Assembly: GCA_964430885.1 (NCBI GenBank)
Contig: CAYSHM010000001.1
Span: 64,001-128,000 of the forward strand
DNA from: an uncultured archaeon
GTDB taxonomy: Archaea > Thermoplasmatota > Penumbrarchaeia > JASLWR01
Length of the DNA: 64,000 bases
Reading direction: 5' to 3'
Position 1 is the stretch's first letter; each line of letters opens with the position of its first letter. A program made the position numbers and the translations under genes. This document shows positions 27,270-37,100 of the stretch, piece after piece. The notes under the pieces are model-generated. The model saw only the letters and a program-made list of their open reading frames with translations, searched no databases and had not been told where the DNA came from.

Positions 27270-28783
27270 TCCTCCACCGTCCCGTTTGAATCAGGATAGA
27301 TGTCCTTGAATTCCACAAAAGCGAAATATACGTCGGAATTGTATTCGGATGGGGATCCATTCCTAACGTCACACCAGCATGCATAGGCACCGATCTCATT
27401 GGTATCCACCTGGATATAGTCACCTATGAATGCAGTATGTTCACTGGAGGTCAGCTGGCCCAGGAAGGAACCTGCTGAATTCTCTCCGTCAAACATCTCA
27501 TTTGTTATGTTGAAATTTATAGGAAAGGTCAAACCTCCGTCCACTGACATGGCGAAATACACATGCAGCAGTATTCCCTCCGGATCGCCCCTCATATCAT
27601 AGAATATCAGGCATACGTCTCCCTTGGGATTCACTGATACCGAGGGGAAGAACTGGTGAACGCCGTTTTCCAGAGTATCATTGTTGACTCTAACAGGGTC
27701 GGACCAGGTGCTACCCGAATCCCTGCTGTAGCAAAGAAGTATATCTCCGTCCCCATTCCTGCTGTCCGGCCAGGTCACGTAAAGTGATCCCGACATATTG
27801 GTGTCAGACCTATCAACTGCCAATGAAGGCATGGTAGGAGTTCGGTAGGTATGAGGGTCAAGATTGTAAGGAAGTGGCACAACCGTGGATATATCCATGG
27901 GTGTGGAGAAGCTCAAACCCTTATCGGTACTCTTCGAATAACGAATATGATTGGTATTGTATTCTATCCAAACAACATGAACATTTCCTTGGTCGTCAAC
28001 CACTGGATAGGATCCTTGTGTCTGGGTTTCTCCTTCAGTGATTTCAGAAATGAGAACATAGTCATTCCAGGTGTTTCCTCCATCAGTCGATCGTGCACAG
28101 ACTATTTCAGATGCGTATAAAAAATTGAACACGGTCCAAGTCACATACAGAGTTCCGTCATTGGGGTCAACTGTGAGCCATTCCTTGTCATGAAAGTTAA
28201 CGGAAGTGATGGCCGTAGCCAGTGTTCTTACCTGATCCCATGTCTCCCCTCCGTCCCTAGATCGGGCTACCCAGATACAGGACATCTTCTGGAAGGGCCT
28301 GAAAGGACTGAGCTGTTTTCGTCTGGCAGCCAAACCTGCCATATAACAGGTTCCGTCAGGTCCAAATACCACGACAGGGTCACCTGCTATACCATATCCT
28401 GTTAGAGCGGATGCGGGACCTCCTCTGTAGCCTGGGATCAGGGTCTGCCCCCATGTTCCCCCGCCGTCCCTAGACCAGTATGCACCGCACCAAGAGTCGC
28501 CGGTTGGAGTAGTATAATCATTGGCACCCGATACCACATTAAGGGGGTCATTTGGGTTTACTGCAATAGTGGTCTCGCATGTGTTCTGTTTGGAGAAGGT
28601 TACCTGCTGGTTCTCGCCTGAGAACTCAAGATATTCATCTATTATGGATCCCTCCTCTTCTAGGTCCTTATCACCTTTCTTCTCCTCATTACCTTGAAAG
28701 AACAGTAGGGCGCTGGACAGCAGGATAATTATAATTAAAATACCAATCAATGATCTAATCTTGTTCCATTCCATATGGATCAA
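27266..28783 (-). CDS. BNR/Asp-box beta-propeller (sialidase-like) protein
   Basis: Six Asp-boxes (SRDGGGTW, SRDGGETW, STDGGNTW, STDKGLSF, SRDSGSTW, SVDGGLTF), 'GDP', 'DKEW', 'FIGDY', N-terminal TM anchor. Confidence 0.85.
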   Translation of the reverse strand: MIHMEWNKIRSLIGILIIIILLSSALLFFQGNEEKKGDKDLEEEGSIIDEYLEFSGENQQVTFSKQNTCETTIAVNPNDPLNVVSGANDYTTPTGDSWCGAYWSRDGGGTWGQTLIPGYRGGPASALTGYGIAGDPVVVFGPDGTCYMAGLAARRKQLSPFRPFQKMSCIWVARSRDGGETWDQVRTLATAITSVNFHDKEWLTVDPNDGTLYVTWTVFNFLYASEIVCARSTDGGNTWNDYVLISEITEGETQTQGSYPVVDDQGNVHVVWIEYNTNHIRYSKSTDKGLSFSTPMDISTVVPLPYNLDPHTYRTPTMPSLAVDRSDTNMSGSLYVTWPDSRNGDGDILLCYSRDSGSTWSDPVRVNNDTLENGVHQFFPSVSVNPKGDVCLIFYDMRGDPEGILLHVYFAMSVDGGLTFPINFNITNEMFDGENSAGSFLGQLTSSEHTAFIGDYIQVDTNEIGAYACWCDVRNGSPSEYNSDVYFAFVEFKDIYPDSNGTVEE

Positions 28784-28918
28784 ACCTCATATTTGTTCAT
28801 GTAATGCTAATAGGGGTATGGATAATCAATAGGGCAATTAGATATATAACAATATACCGAAAATTCAACCGCTTTTTTTCAGGGAAATGGTTCCAGTCCT
28901 ATAATGAATTAATTACCG

Positions 28919-29203
28919 CTAGGAGGTATCGATACCTTTGGGGAAGAATATTCCTATTATGAATAGTAAAGCAAATATAATGAAACCCCCGAAATATATT
29001 ATATTGTTCCAGGAGAATGGGCCGAATTCATTTTTTAGGATATTGAAAACAACCAGGAAGAAGAGAAAGATCATCACTCCGGCCAGCATTTTCAAGGTTT
29101 GCCTCCTCGTCAAGGGCCAAAACACGTGCGGTATTGGAAACTTCAAACCTATGGCTGCCAAAACAGCTAGGGCTATCAGCCAAATTAGAATTATCCATCC
29201 CAA
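28919..29203 (-). CDS. Small 3-TM membrane protein
   Basis: 94 aa with three hydrophobic segments, co-oriented directly after the AAA gene. Confidence 0.65.
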   Translation of the reverse strand: MGWIILIWLIALAVLAAIGLKFPIPHVFWPLTRRQTLKMLAGVMIFLFFLVVFNILKNEFGPFSWNNIIYFGGFIIFALLFIIGIFFPKGIDTS

Positions 29204-29264
29204 TGCATCTATTTTATCACACTCCTGGAGGAAATATCATTTCAATATTAAATTTTAATTTCCA

Positions 29265-32200
29265 TCACTCCTCTATCCATCCTTCAGAACTCTCATCCTC
29301 TCCATCCTCATCGTACTCTCTTCCATCCACTGTTTCTTTTTCCTCCTCTTCTTCTTTGATCCACCCGTCTTCATCTGTGATGGTTTGTTTTTTTCCTTTA
29401 TCCTTTTTTGTCTGGGTCTTCTTTATCTTCCTCTCAAAATTGATCTGGAGTTCCTCGTATTCCTTTATAATATCCGATGATAGTGAAGGTTTCAAGGTTC
29501 TGCTCATCTTGACGAAATCCTTCATGTTTATAACAGTATTCCTCCCGGTCTTGATGGCTCTTTTAAGGTTTACCACTGCACATTCCTTGCACAGGTTGGC
29601 AACATCAGCTCCAGAATATCCTTTTGTTAACTTTGCTATCTTTTTAAGATCAATATTTCTGGATACGGGTTTACCCTTAAGGTGGATTTTCAGTATATCC
29701 ATCCGGGATTTGGCCTTGGGGGGAGGAATATAGACCACTTTATCGAACCTGCCGGGCCTTAACAGGGCCGGATCTATTAGCTCGGGTCTATTGGTGGCTG
29801 CTATGATTATTATCTCCTCGAACTTGTCCATACCGTCCATTTCGGAGAGCATTATGCTGAGAAGCCGCGGCGTCACATCATCCGCGCTGTAGAAATCCCT
29901 TCTTTTGGCTATGGCATCGATCTCATCAAGGAAAAGAACGCAGGGTTTTCTCTCCCTTGCGCTCTCGAAAAGAGCGGCAATCAGATTCTCTGATTCACCG
30001 TACCACTTGGACATTATATCCGAACATTTCACTCCTATCATATCCACTTCCAGCTCGGTGGCAATCACTCTCATTAAGAGTGTCTTACCGCATCCTGGTG
30101 GCCCGAACAGTATAAGGCCTTTTGGCGGCTCCACTCCGAATTTTTTGGACATTTCAGGCTTCAAAAGGGGACCGACGATGGAATCCCTGATCTCCTCCTT
30201 TACGTCCTTCAGACCGCCCACCTTCTTGAAACTTGTTTTTCGGAGGTTCATTGATTCTCCGATCCTAGTACCGATTATGGTCTTCTTGGTATCCTGGTAA
30301 AGCTCCGCGAATGCATTTCTGATCACGGTTCCGGACAGCACAGCAGTCATTACTGCAGGAAACATCAATAGGTAGATAACAATGTTCTTGGTCCTGAAAA
30401 TCACATCAGAATCAAAATCGGACACAAGCATCCCTATAATGGATACGGACAATAAAATGAAATAGGCTATTATCCCAAGGAACCAGGGGTTGATCTTCTC
30501 CTTTTTCCCACTTATATGCTTCTTGAAAAGATATATTCCAATTATAAGAATTATCCAGAACAGAAGCTGGATTAGGGGAACCATGGAGTCCATGTAGTTC
30601 TTGATGAAGCTGCCAAGTATGGAGAGGTCTAGATTGCGGATCCCGGAAATAGAATCAAGAAATTTCCTAGGGGTAAAGATCCCATAATCCGCGGACCTTG
30701 AAAAAGTGATTATGCTCTCCTTTTGGCTTGCAAAATCGGTAACTAGGAAAGAGAGGTTGTTCAGGTTTCCCGTGGCAACTAATATTGTCATGAATATCCC
30801 TGATACCAGTGTAGAGGTCACACTGAGGAAGAGCGAGAACATGAATATGGCCGCAATGGGTACGAGGAATGACAGCCCGAAGCTAGACAGGAAGACCATC
30901 ATAAAGGTAAGATATCCGAACTTCCAGTTGAACAGGGAACAAATACAGACGATCAGAGAGAATACCAGGAAGATCAGTCCGAACTGAGGAGTCTGGAAAC
31001 CTGCGGCGCCAATGGATATGAAGCTCACCATAATAAGACCGATAAAGGGGAACTTGTAGCCTACGCTGCCGAGGATAAGTGTGAAAAGCAGTATCATCCA
31101 CCAAGGATAGAATGGGCACCAGGAAGAAGCGAGGAATCCTAAAAGGGCAAAGGCAGCCCCAGTACCCAGGTTCTTCTTCAATTCGGGTTCCTCTTCGATA
31201 ACAGCCAACAATTTACTGAATATACCTGGATCGGATGATCCTTTCCCCCCCTTTTTGCCCTTTTTCCCAGTCCCATCCTCTTCCTCTGTAAGATATTTCC
31301 TGTAGGCAATGAACAACAGGGGCATCAAGATCGCTGCGGCAGCATAGGCAACTATGGTCCTGGTAGTTGGGAACTTGGAAATATCCATTTTTGTTGATAT
31401 GTCCTCCTCACCGTAATATACGACGAACTTGAAATCATCCATTCCCTGATAGATAGTGATTGGTATGGTCTTCATATCTCCTTCTTCTTCTATCAGAGGA
31501 GTAACCTTAATTATATATTCACCAGGGGCCATATTGCTGGGTGTCCAGTATATACCGTTAACAGTTTCTCCCCTTGAAAGATAACCGCTGGTGTTGGTCA
31601 CAGTAATGTTCGCTTCCATATACTGGCTGGTAATATTGTTGAAAACCACCACATATATTCCGTAAAGGAATTTCTCTTGGGGCGGTGTAACAGTATAGGT
31701 GAAGCTGTCTGAGGTTGTAGGGTTCCACAGTTCGTCATAGGCAGTGATGAAAAAGGTTATTTCGGCGGATCCCGGATATGGAGGAATTGCGGCCTGGAAA
31801 GTGTAATCATCCACTTTGTCCATGAGTTCCGCACCTTTCAGCTCCTCCTGAAAATCGGGTAGTTTAATAGAAACGTTAACATCTGCCCTTTGGATCTTTA
31901 CATCAAGGTCCTTTGAGGTGATGGTAAGATTGACTCCCTGATTGTAATCCGGCGGATTGGGCCCGAATTGAAGATTGACGTTCTGAGCAAATGAAGGGTA
32001 CTTCCAGGACCTCTTTGCCGCGACATCGTAATAGTAGTTCTTTGACTTTATTTGGTTCAGACCATCATAGGCCGTGATATGGAAAGTAACATTGGTCTGG
32101 GCTGCATAACCGTTAAGAACAGTGTACCTGTGGGTGGTATTAATTCTTTCCATCTGGTAGGCACCCGATGAAGTGTATTGTGGACCGTTTATTTCCACCC

Positions 32201-32429
32201 AGAGATCGGCCTGTATTATAGGTACTCCGTATTTGCTGCCAATGGTAACGTTAACACTCTGGTATTCGCTTGGCCGGTTCGGGCTGAATTTCACCGATAT
32301 ATTATCCTCGAAATTATCGCCTGTGAACTGTGCTGCAGATGCTTGGTTAGTTAGGATCAATAATGAAATGAGCAGGAATCCCAGTATGGTCATGGATGTC
32401 ATGATTCTCTTTAGTGGTATGTGTCTCAT
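29265..32429 (-). CDS. Fusion protein: extracellular Ig-like repeats + polytopic membrane domain + single classic-clade AAA+ ATPase
   Basis: Signal peptide, two internally homologous ~105-aa domains (..F.PN.P...Q.VN.TI.SK...ITAYD), roughly 10-12 TM segments, Walker A GPPGCGKT, pore loop KWYG, Walker B LFLDE, SRH ATNRPELIDPALLRPGRFD. Confidence 0.88.
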   Translation of the reverse strand: MRHIPLKRIMTSMTILGFLLISLLILTNQASAAQFTGDNFEDNISVKFSPNRPSEYQSVNVTIGSKYGVPIIQADLWVEINGPQYTSSGAYQMERINTTHRYTVLNGYAAQTNVTFHITAYDGLNQIKSKNYYYDVAAKRSWKYPSFAQNVNLQFGPNPPDYNQGVNLTITSKDLDVKIQRADVNVSIKLPDFQEELKGAELMDKVDDYTFQAAIPPYPGSAEITFFITAYDELWNPTTSDSFTYTVTPPQEKFLYGIYVVVFNNITSQYMEANITVTNTSGYLSRGETVNGIYWTPSNMAPGEYIIKVTPLIEEEGDMKTIPITIYQGMDDFKFVVYYGEEDISTKMDISKFPTTRTIVAYAAAAILMPLLFIAYRKYLTEEEDGTGKKGKKGGKGSSDPGIFSKLLAVIEEEPELKKNLGTGAAFALLGFLASSWCPFYPWWMILLFTLILGSVGYKFPFIGLIMVSFISIGAAGFQTPQFGLIFLVFSLIVCICSLFNWKFGYLTFMMVFLSSFGLSFLVPIAAIFMFSLFLSVTSTLVSGIFMTILVATGNLNNLSFLVTDFASQKESIITFSRSADYGIFTPRKFLDSISGIRNLDLSILGSFIKNYMDSMVPLIQLLFWIILIIGIYLFKKHISGKKEKINPWFLGIIAYFILLSVSIIGMLVSDFDSDVIFRTKNIVIYLLMFPAVMTAVLSGTVIRNAFAELYQDTKKTIIGTRIGESMNLRKTSFKKVGGLKDVKEEIRDSIVGPLLKPEMSKKFGVEPPKGLILFGPPGCGKTLLMRVIATELEVDMIGVKCSDIMSKWYGESENLIAALFESARERKPCVLFLDEIDAIAKRRDFYSADDVTPRLLSIMLSEMDGMDKFEEIIIIAATNRPELIDPALLRPGRFDKVVYIPPPKAKSRMDILKIHLKGKPVSRNIDLKKIAKLTKGYSGADVANLCKECAVVNLKRAIKTGRNTVINMKDFVKMSRTLKPSLSSDIIKEYEELQINFERKIKKTQTKKDKGKKQTITDEDGWIKEEEEEKETVDGREYDEDGEDESSEGWIEE

Positions 32430-32522
32430 CTTGGTACACCTTGGTTTTGATTCTGATTCGTATATTTTTTAGCTGGATAATGTAATTTTTTCATTTTGAT
32501 AGATTGATATTCATAAGCTACA

Positions 32523-34031
32523 TCATGTTCCGACAGTTACTTTCTGCTTAGCAACTATCCTTTTTCTCAGTTTGAGCCTTTCAATTATCCCCAGACCAAT
32601 GAATCCACCTATGAAATATTCCACTGGGAATACTGCCGGAGAGGCGGAGGCGGGCAGCCCGGTGGGGGTGGTTAACGGTACCACCGTCGGAGAGGCCGGA
32701 GTGGTTATGGGTATGGGATATCCTCCTGGTGGGGGGGGCGGAGGTACAGGTCCTGTTGGCGGAGGAGGTGGGGGTGGGGTAACGCCAAGCTCATCAGCAA
32801 GCACGAAAAATGTAATGGCAGGGAAATATTCTTCTGTCACCAGGTCATCCAGTAAATATCTGACCCTGGAAGCCCCGTATGGGTGAAGATCGAATCTACC
32901 CCCTTCAAGGGCTGAAATATTATAGGTTATGGTTATCTCATCTCCTATCATTATCCTGCTGAAATTCCATTCCAGTATGGTCCTGTCATTGGCTCCGTAG
33001 TAAATCGAATCAGGATAGAGTGAGAAAGAATTGTTGTCAAATTGAAAATTACCGGCTATTATATCCCGTATCATGGGGTAGCTGTCAGAAACATCATCAT
33101 CGTAGCCTGCCGTATAATTTCTAAATCTGTTCGCTATGGAATTATAGACTTGAAGAAGATCTTCAGGCCGGCTTGCGGTGTAATATTGGCCTCCGGTTTT
33201 TTTTGCCAACCATTTCAGAAGGTCCTCGTCCAGAAGATTTGAGGAACCATATTGATATAGTCCGATAGTGAAGATGACTATATCATTGGATATTGTTTCA
33301 TTCAGCAGTTCCAGACTGATATTCGTTGAAGCAGGCTCCGGCTTCCCATCGGTCAACAGAATACATACTTTGAGATTCTCGTCCGATCCGTGGTCAATGA
33401 GTTCCTGGTTAGTCAACTCCATGGCAGAGGTGAAATTGGTCTGACCGCCATTATCCAGGTAGTTCAGATCCTGAAGAATCTGTTGGTAGTTCGAGGATAA
33501 GTGATGATTGTTGATGACCTCAGCTGTATCCGAGAACCTAATAACTGCAGCATTGTCAGGCGAGATAAGCTGGTCCACGTAGCTCTTAGCAGCTTCACGT
33601 CTCAGATAGGTGGGATCAACACTGTCCATACTCGCTGAGCAATCAATGGTGAAAACTACATCCTGAGAATTGAAGTTTATAGCCGGATTCCCTTCACCTT
33701 TGATATTCAGGGTAACCGTGGATGTTTTGGGTGTTCTTTTATCTTCGGGACGCCATATCTCGTCGTAATTTACTGACTTATCTATTTCAAGGTGGGGAGG
33801 GGAGTCAGGGTCAATACCGGTCTGCAAACGGGTCTGAACTTGATCAGGCACAGTTCCAAACTGTTGAAGGGAAATCGGCTTTCCTTCTTCATTACCTTTT
33901 ACTTCAACAGCAGTATCATCATCTAAATCATCCTGCAGACAGGATGAAGAGCCGAATAGCCTCATCGAGGCTGAACCAAGCCAAATGATTCCGAGCCCAA
34001 TCAATATGGATAATAATACCTTTCTTTTCAT
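32523..34031 (-). CDS. VWA-domain surface protein with Pro-rich stalk and C-terminal TM
   Basis: MIDAS DCSAS...T...TDG, 'IFTIGL', 'LAKKTGGQYY', PPPPPPP stalk, hydrophobic anchor + basic tail. Confidence 0.88.
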   Translation of the reverse strand: MKRKVLLSILIGLGIIWLGSASMRLFGSSSCLQDDLDDDTAVEVKGNEEGKPISLQQFGTVPDQVQTRLQTGIDPDSPPHLEIDKSVNYDEIWRPEDKRTPKTSTVTLNIKGEGNPAINFNSQDVVFTIDCSASMDSVDPTYLRREAAKSYVDQLISPDNAAVIRFSDTAEVINNHHLSSNYQQILQDLNYLDNGGQTNFTSAMELTNQELIDHGSDENLKVCILLTDGKPEPASTNISLELLNETISNDIVIFTIGLYQYGSSNLLDEDLLKWLAKKTGGQYYTASRPEDLLQVYNSIANRFRNYTAGYDDDVSDSYPMIRDIIAGNFQFDNNSFSLYPDSIYYGANDRTILEWNFSRIMIGDEITITYNISALEGGRFDLHPYGASRVRYLLDDLVTEEYFPAITFFVLADELGVTPPPPPPPTGPVPPPPPPGGYPIPITTPASPTVVPLTTPTGLPASASPAVFPVEYFIGGFIGLGIIERLKLRKRIVAKQKVTVGT

Positions 34032-34100
34032 GGTCTCAGCTCACTTGGATTATGATACTTAGCTCTCTGAAATATGTAGTGTAATACGGTTAAAATTGGA

Positions 34101-37100
34101 TCATTCGTCTATCCATCCGCCTAATTCTCCATTCTCTTCACCGTCGTCCACCCAATCAGCGCCATCATCCTCGATCCACGGTTCGTCTTCAATTTCTTTT
34201 TTCTTTTCTTCATTTTTCCCGCCCCTTTTCCTGTCAGTGCCTTTCCCCCGTCCTTTCCCTTTACCTTTATTTTTATTTTTCCCCTTCGAATCGCCTTTTT
34301 TCTTACTGCCTCTACTTCCCTTCTTTTTACCTTTACCTTTGGTTTTATCGTCCCCAGGTGAAGTTTTTCCTACTTTGTTCTTCTTTTCACCCTTTTCCTC
34401 CTTACCGGCGCCGTCATCTTCCTCATAAATGGAAAACTTTTTTTCCTCCATATTTACCCCCTCCTCGTCGTCCTCCATGAACTCCGCCCCGCATTTTGGG
34501 CAGACCGTGTCGTTATCCCCTACTGCAGTACCGCAGTCTGGGCATTCATAATCCAGATTCTCATCTTCAATTTCTTTGGATTTGCCCTTCATCTCCAAGT
34601 CGTCATCATCTTCATCGCCGACATTCTCCCAGATCCCGCTTACAAGTCCGCTTTCTTCCTCTTCTTCCTTTACCTCCTCCTCTTCCTCTTTATCATCTTT
34701 CGCCACCCATTTCCTTACTTTTCCGCTTCTAATAAGCAGGAATATCAGAATTATTAGGAACAATATCAGCATGATGAACAATATCAGCGGGAGTATGTTT
34801 GTGAACTTCTTCATAAAGGTGATTTCGTTGTTCACTTCAATTGTATCTGAACTGATCCTCTCATTTCCATAGGCATCAACGGCTTTTATCTGATAGGTAT
34901 GCAGTCCATTATCACCGGTATCTGTGTTCCAGATATACCAGAAAGTATTATCACTGCTCCGGTAAGCCATCTCTCTCCAGCCGCTGCTGTCAATGTTGAT
35001 GTACATCTTCGTGGCGTTATCGGTATTGTTTATCCTGAACTCTATATCCCCACTGTCCTTTTCAGGGAGGTCTGTAGTGATGAAACCGGGTCCGGCATTC
35101 TTGAATCTGACCTGGAGTGTGGCGGTGTTGGAATTCCCTACTCTGTCCCTTGAGACCAGTGTTATGGTGTGTGCACCGTCGGGATAGAGCTCAGTATCCA
35201 AAGGAGATTCGAAGAGGCCAGTTATCTGGTTGATGAACACTTCTTCCTGAGTCCCGTTGTCGATCACCATGAATGTATTCTCAAGTGATACCGAATCCTG
35301 GGAATACACCTTTACAGTGATGATTCCTGTGAGATAGTCCCCATTCCTCGGTGTGACAAACTTGATTATTGGTGCAGAATTATCAATGAAAACGTTAATC
35401 TCCCTCTCGGTAACATGCCCTGCGTTGTCAGTTACCCTGATCTTTACCTCATGCTCTCCGTCCTTGTACTGTGTTGTGTCCCAGGTATTGCCTCTGGTAT
35501 TGCCGTAGGTCTCCCATCCTCCTTCATCGATATTGAATTCTATCTTCACATCAAAGGAATCCTCTGAAGAGAGGTTGAAATAGGATATTCCAGATAGATG
35601 TTCTCCGTTAAGGGGCTTTTGAATATTCAGGACCGGAAATGACTGGTCAATATGGAAATTCACTGAATCCAGAACTACCTTTTTCAAGCTTATGTCCGTT
35701 ACCTCGGCGTTCATGCTGTATGTTCCGTCCTCGATACCGTATAGGGATTGTGTGTATTCGTAGTAGTTTGTGACCGAATTGTAGGTACCTTCTATTGTTT
35801 TCTCGTACTGGGTGTCGGTGAATATATTGAAAAGGACCGTATCAATACCCAGATTGTCGGATGCCAGAACCTTGAAGGTAATGGACTTCTCTACGAACTG
35901 TGAAGGGGTTGGTGTGTGTATGGTGCAGGAAGGGGCATTATTATCAACAATTACCTCTATGCTTTCCACGGTCTCATGCCCTATGGAATCCCTAGCTCTG
36001 AAGATTATTGTATGTGTTCCATCCTGTATCTTGGTAGTGTCCCATGGAAATCCGACATCATGCCATCCAGATGAATCCACATTATATTCTGTGGGAAGGG
36101 GATAGGTATCGGTGGTAGTGGCATTTATTATAACTGTACCATTCACAAACTGCAGATTGCTAGGTGAGTTTATCCCCAATTTTGGCGGTGTGTTATCGAT
36201 ATTGAAGGTAGTGATGCCTGTGTTCACGAACTTCCCTGAAAGATCGTAGGCTGTGGCTCTAACGGACTTGGTACCATCCTCGGCGATGGTAGTGGTATCG
36301 AAGGTATACTCATAATAGCCGGATTGTGAGTTGTAGGAAGCGTTTATGTACTCTTCCTGGAAATATAGGATCACCCTATCCAATCCAACCTTGTCAGTGG
36401 CCTTTATCTTAAAAGTGATAGTGTCCTCCATATGCTGATTCTGGATGGGAGTGTGTATCTCACATGTCGGTGCGCTGTTGTCCACAATTACGCTTATGGT
36501 ATAGGTCCTTTCTAAACCTGACATGTCGCTGCCGCGGATGTCTATTGTGTGAACCCCGTCGCTGAATCTGCTGGTATTCCAGGGGCCTATATAATTGTCG
36601 TAGGATAAGGTGGAATTTCCCGGATCCCAAACAAGAGGTATCCATCCCTTGTTATCAATATTATATTCACATTGAGTGAGAGAAGTAAAATGGTCGTGGA
36701 CCTCTACATTGAAATCCACAATCCCCTCAACATAATCCATTTCACCTGGAGAATTGATATTAATTTCAGGAATGTGATTGTCAACATTGAACTGCTGCCC
36801 TCCTATTATCACTGCTCTGTTGGCCAGATCAATTACCTGGGCAGTTATGAAATAGGTCCCATCCTGTTGAAGCGTGGTGTCTATACCTACCTCGTAGGTG
36901 TTGGTAAGGGGGTTGTAGGTTGCATTATAAGAATTGGAAAACACGTTAATCCTCACGCTCTGAATTCCGACAGTATCTCCCCCGCTGACCTTGAAGGAAT
37001 ATTTCCCGCTGATATATTCGTTATTATTGGGAGAAAGAACATCACCGAAGGGCAGGTTATTATCGACAATTACAGTGATCTCTACCGTACTCTCTTTTCC

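Noticed and set aside
29265-32429. FtsH, Cdc48 or MoxR annotation
   Set aside because: No HExxH protease domain (not FtsH), only one AAA module and no N-domain (not Cdc48), and classic-clade SRH/pore motifs rather than MoxR signatures.
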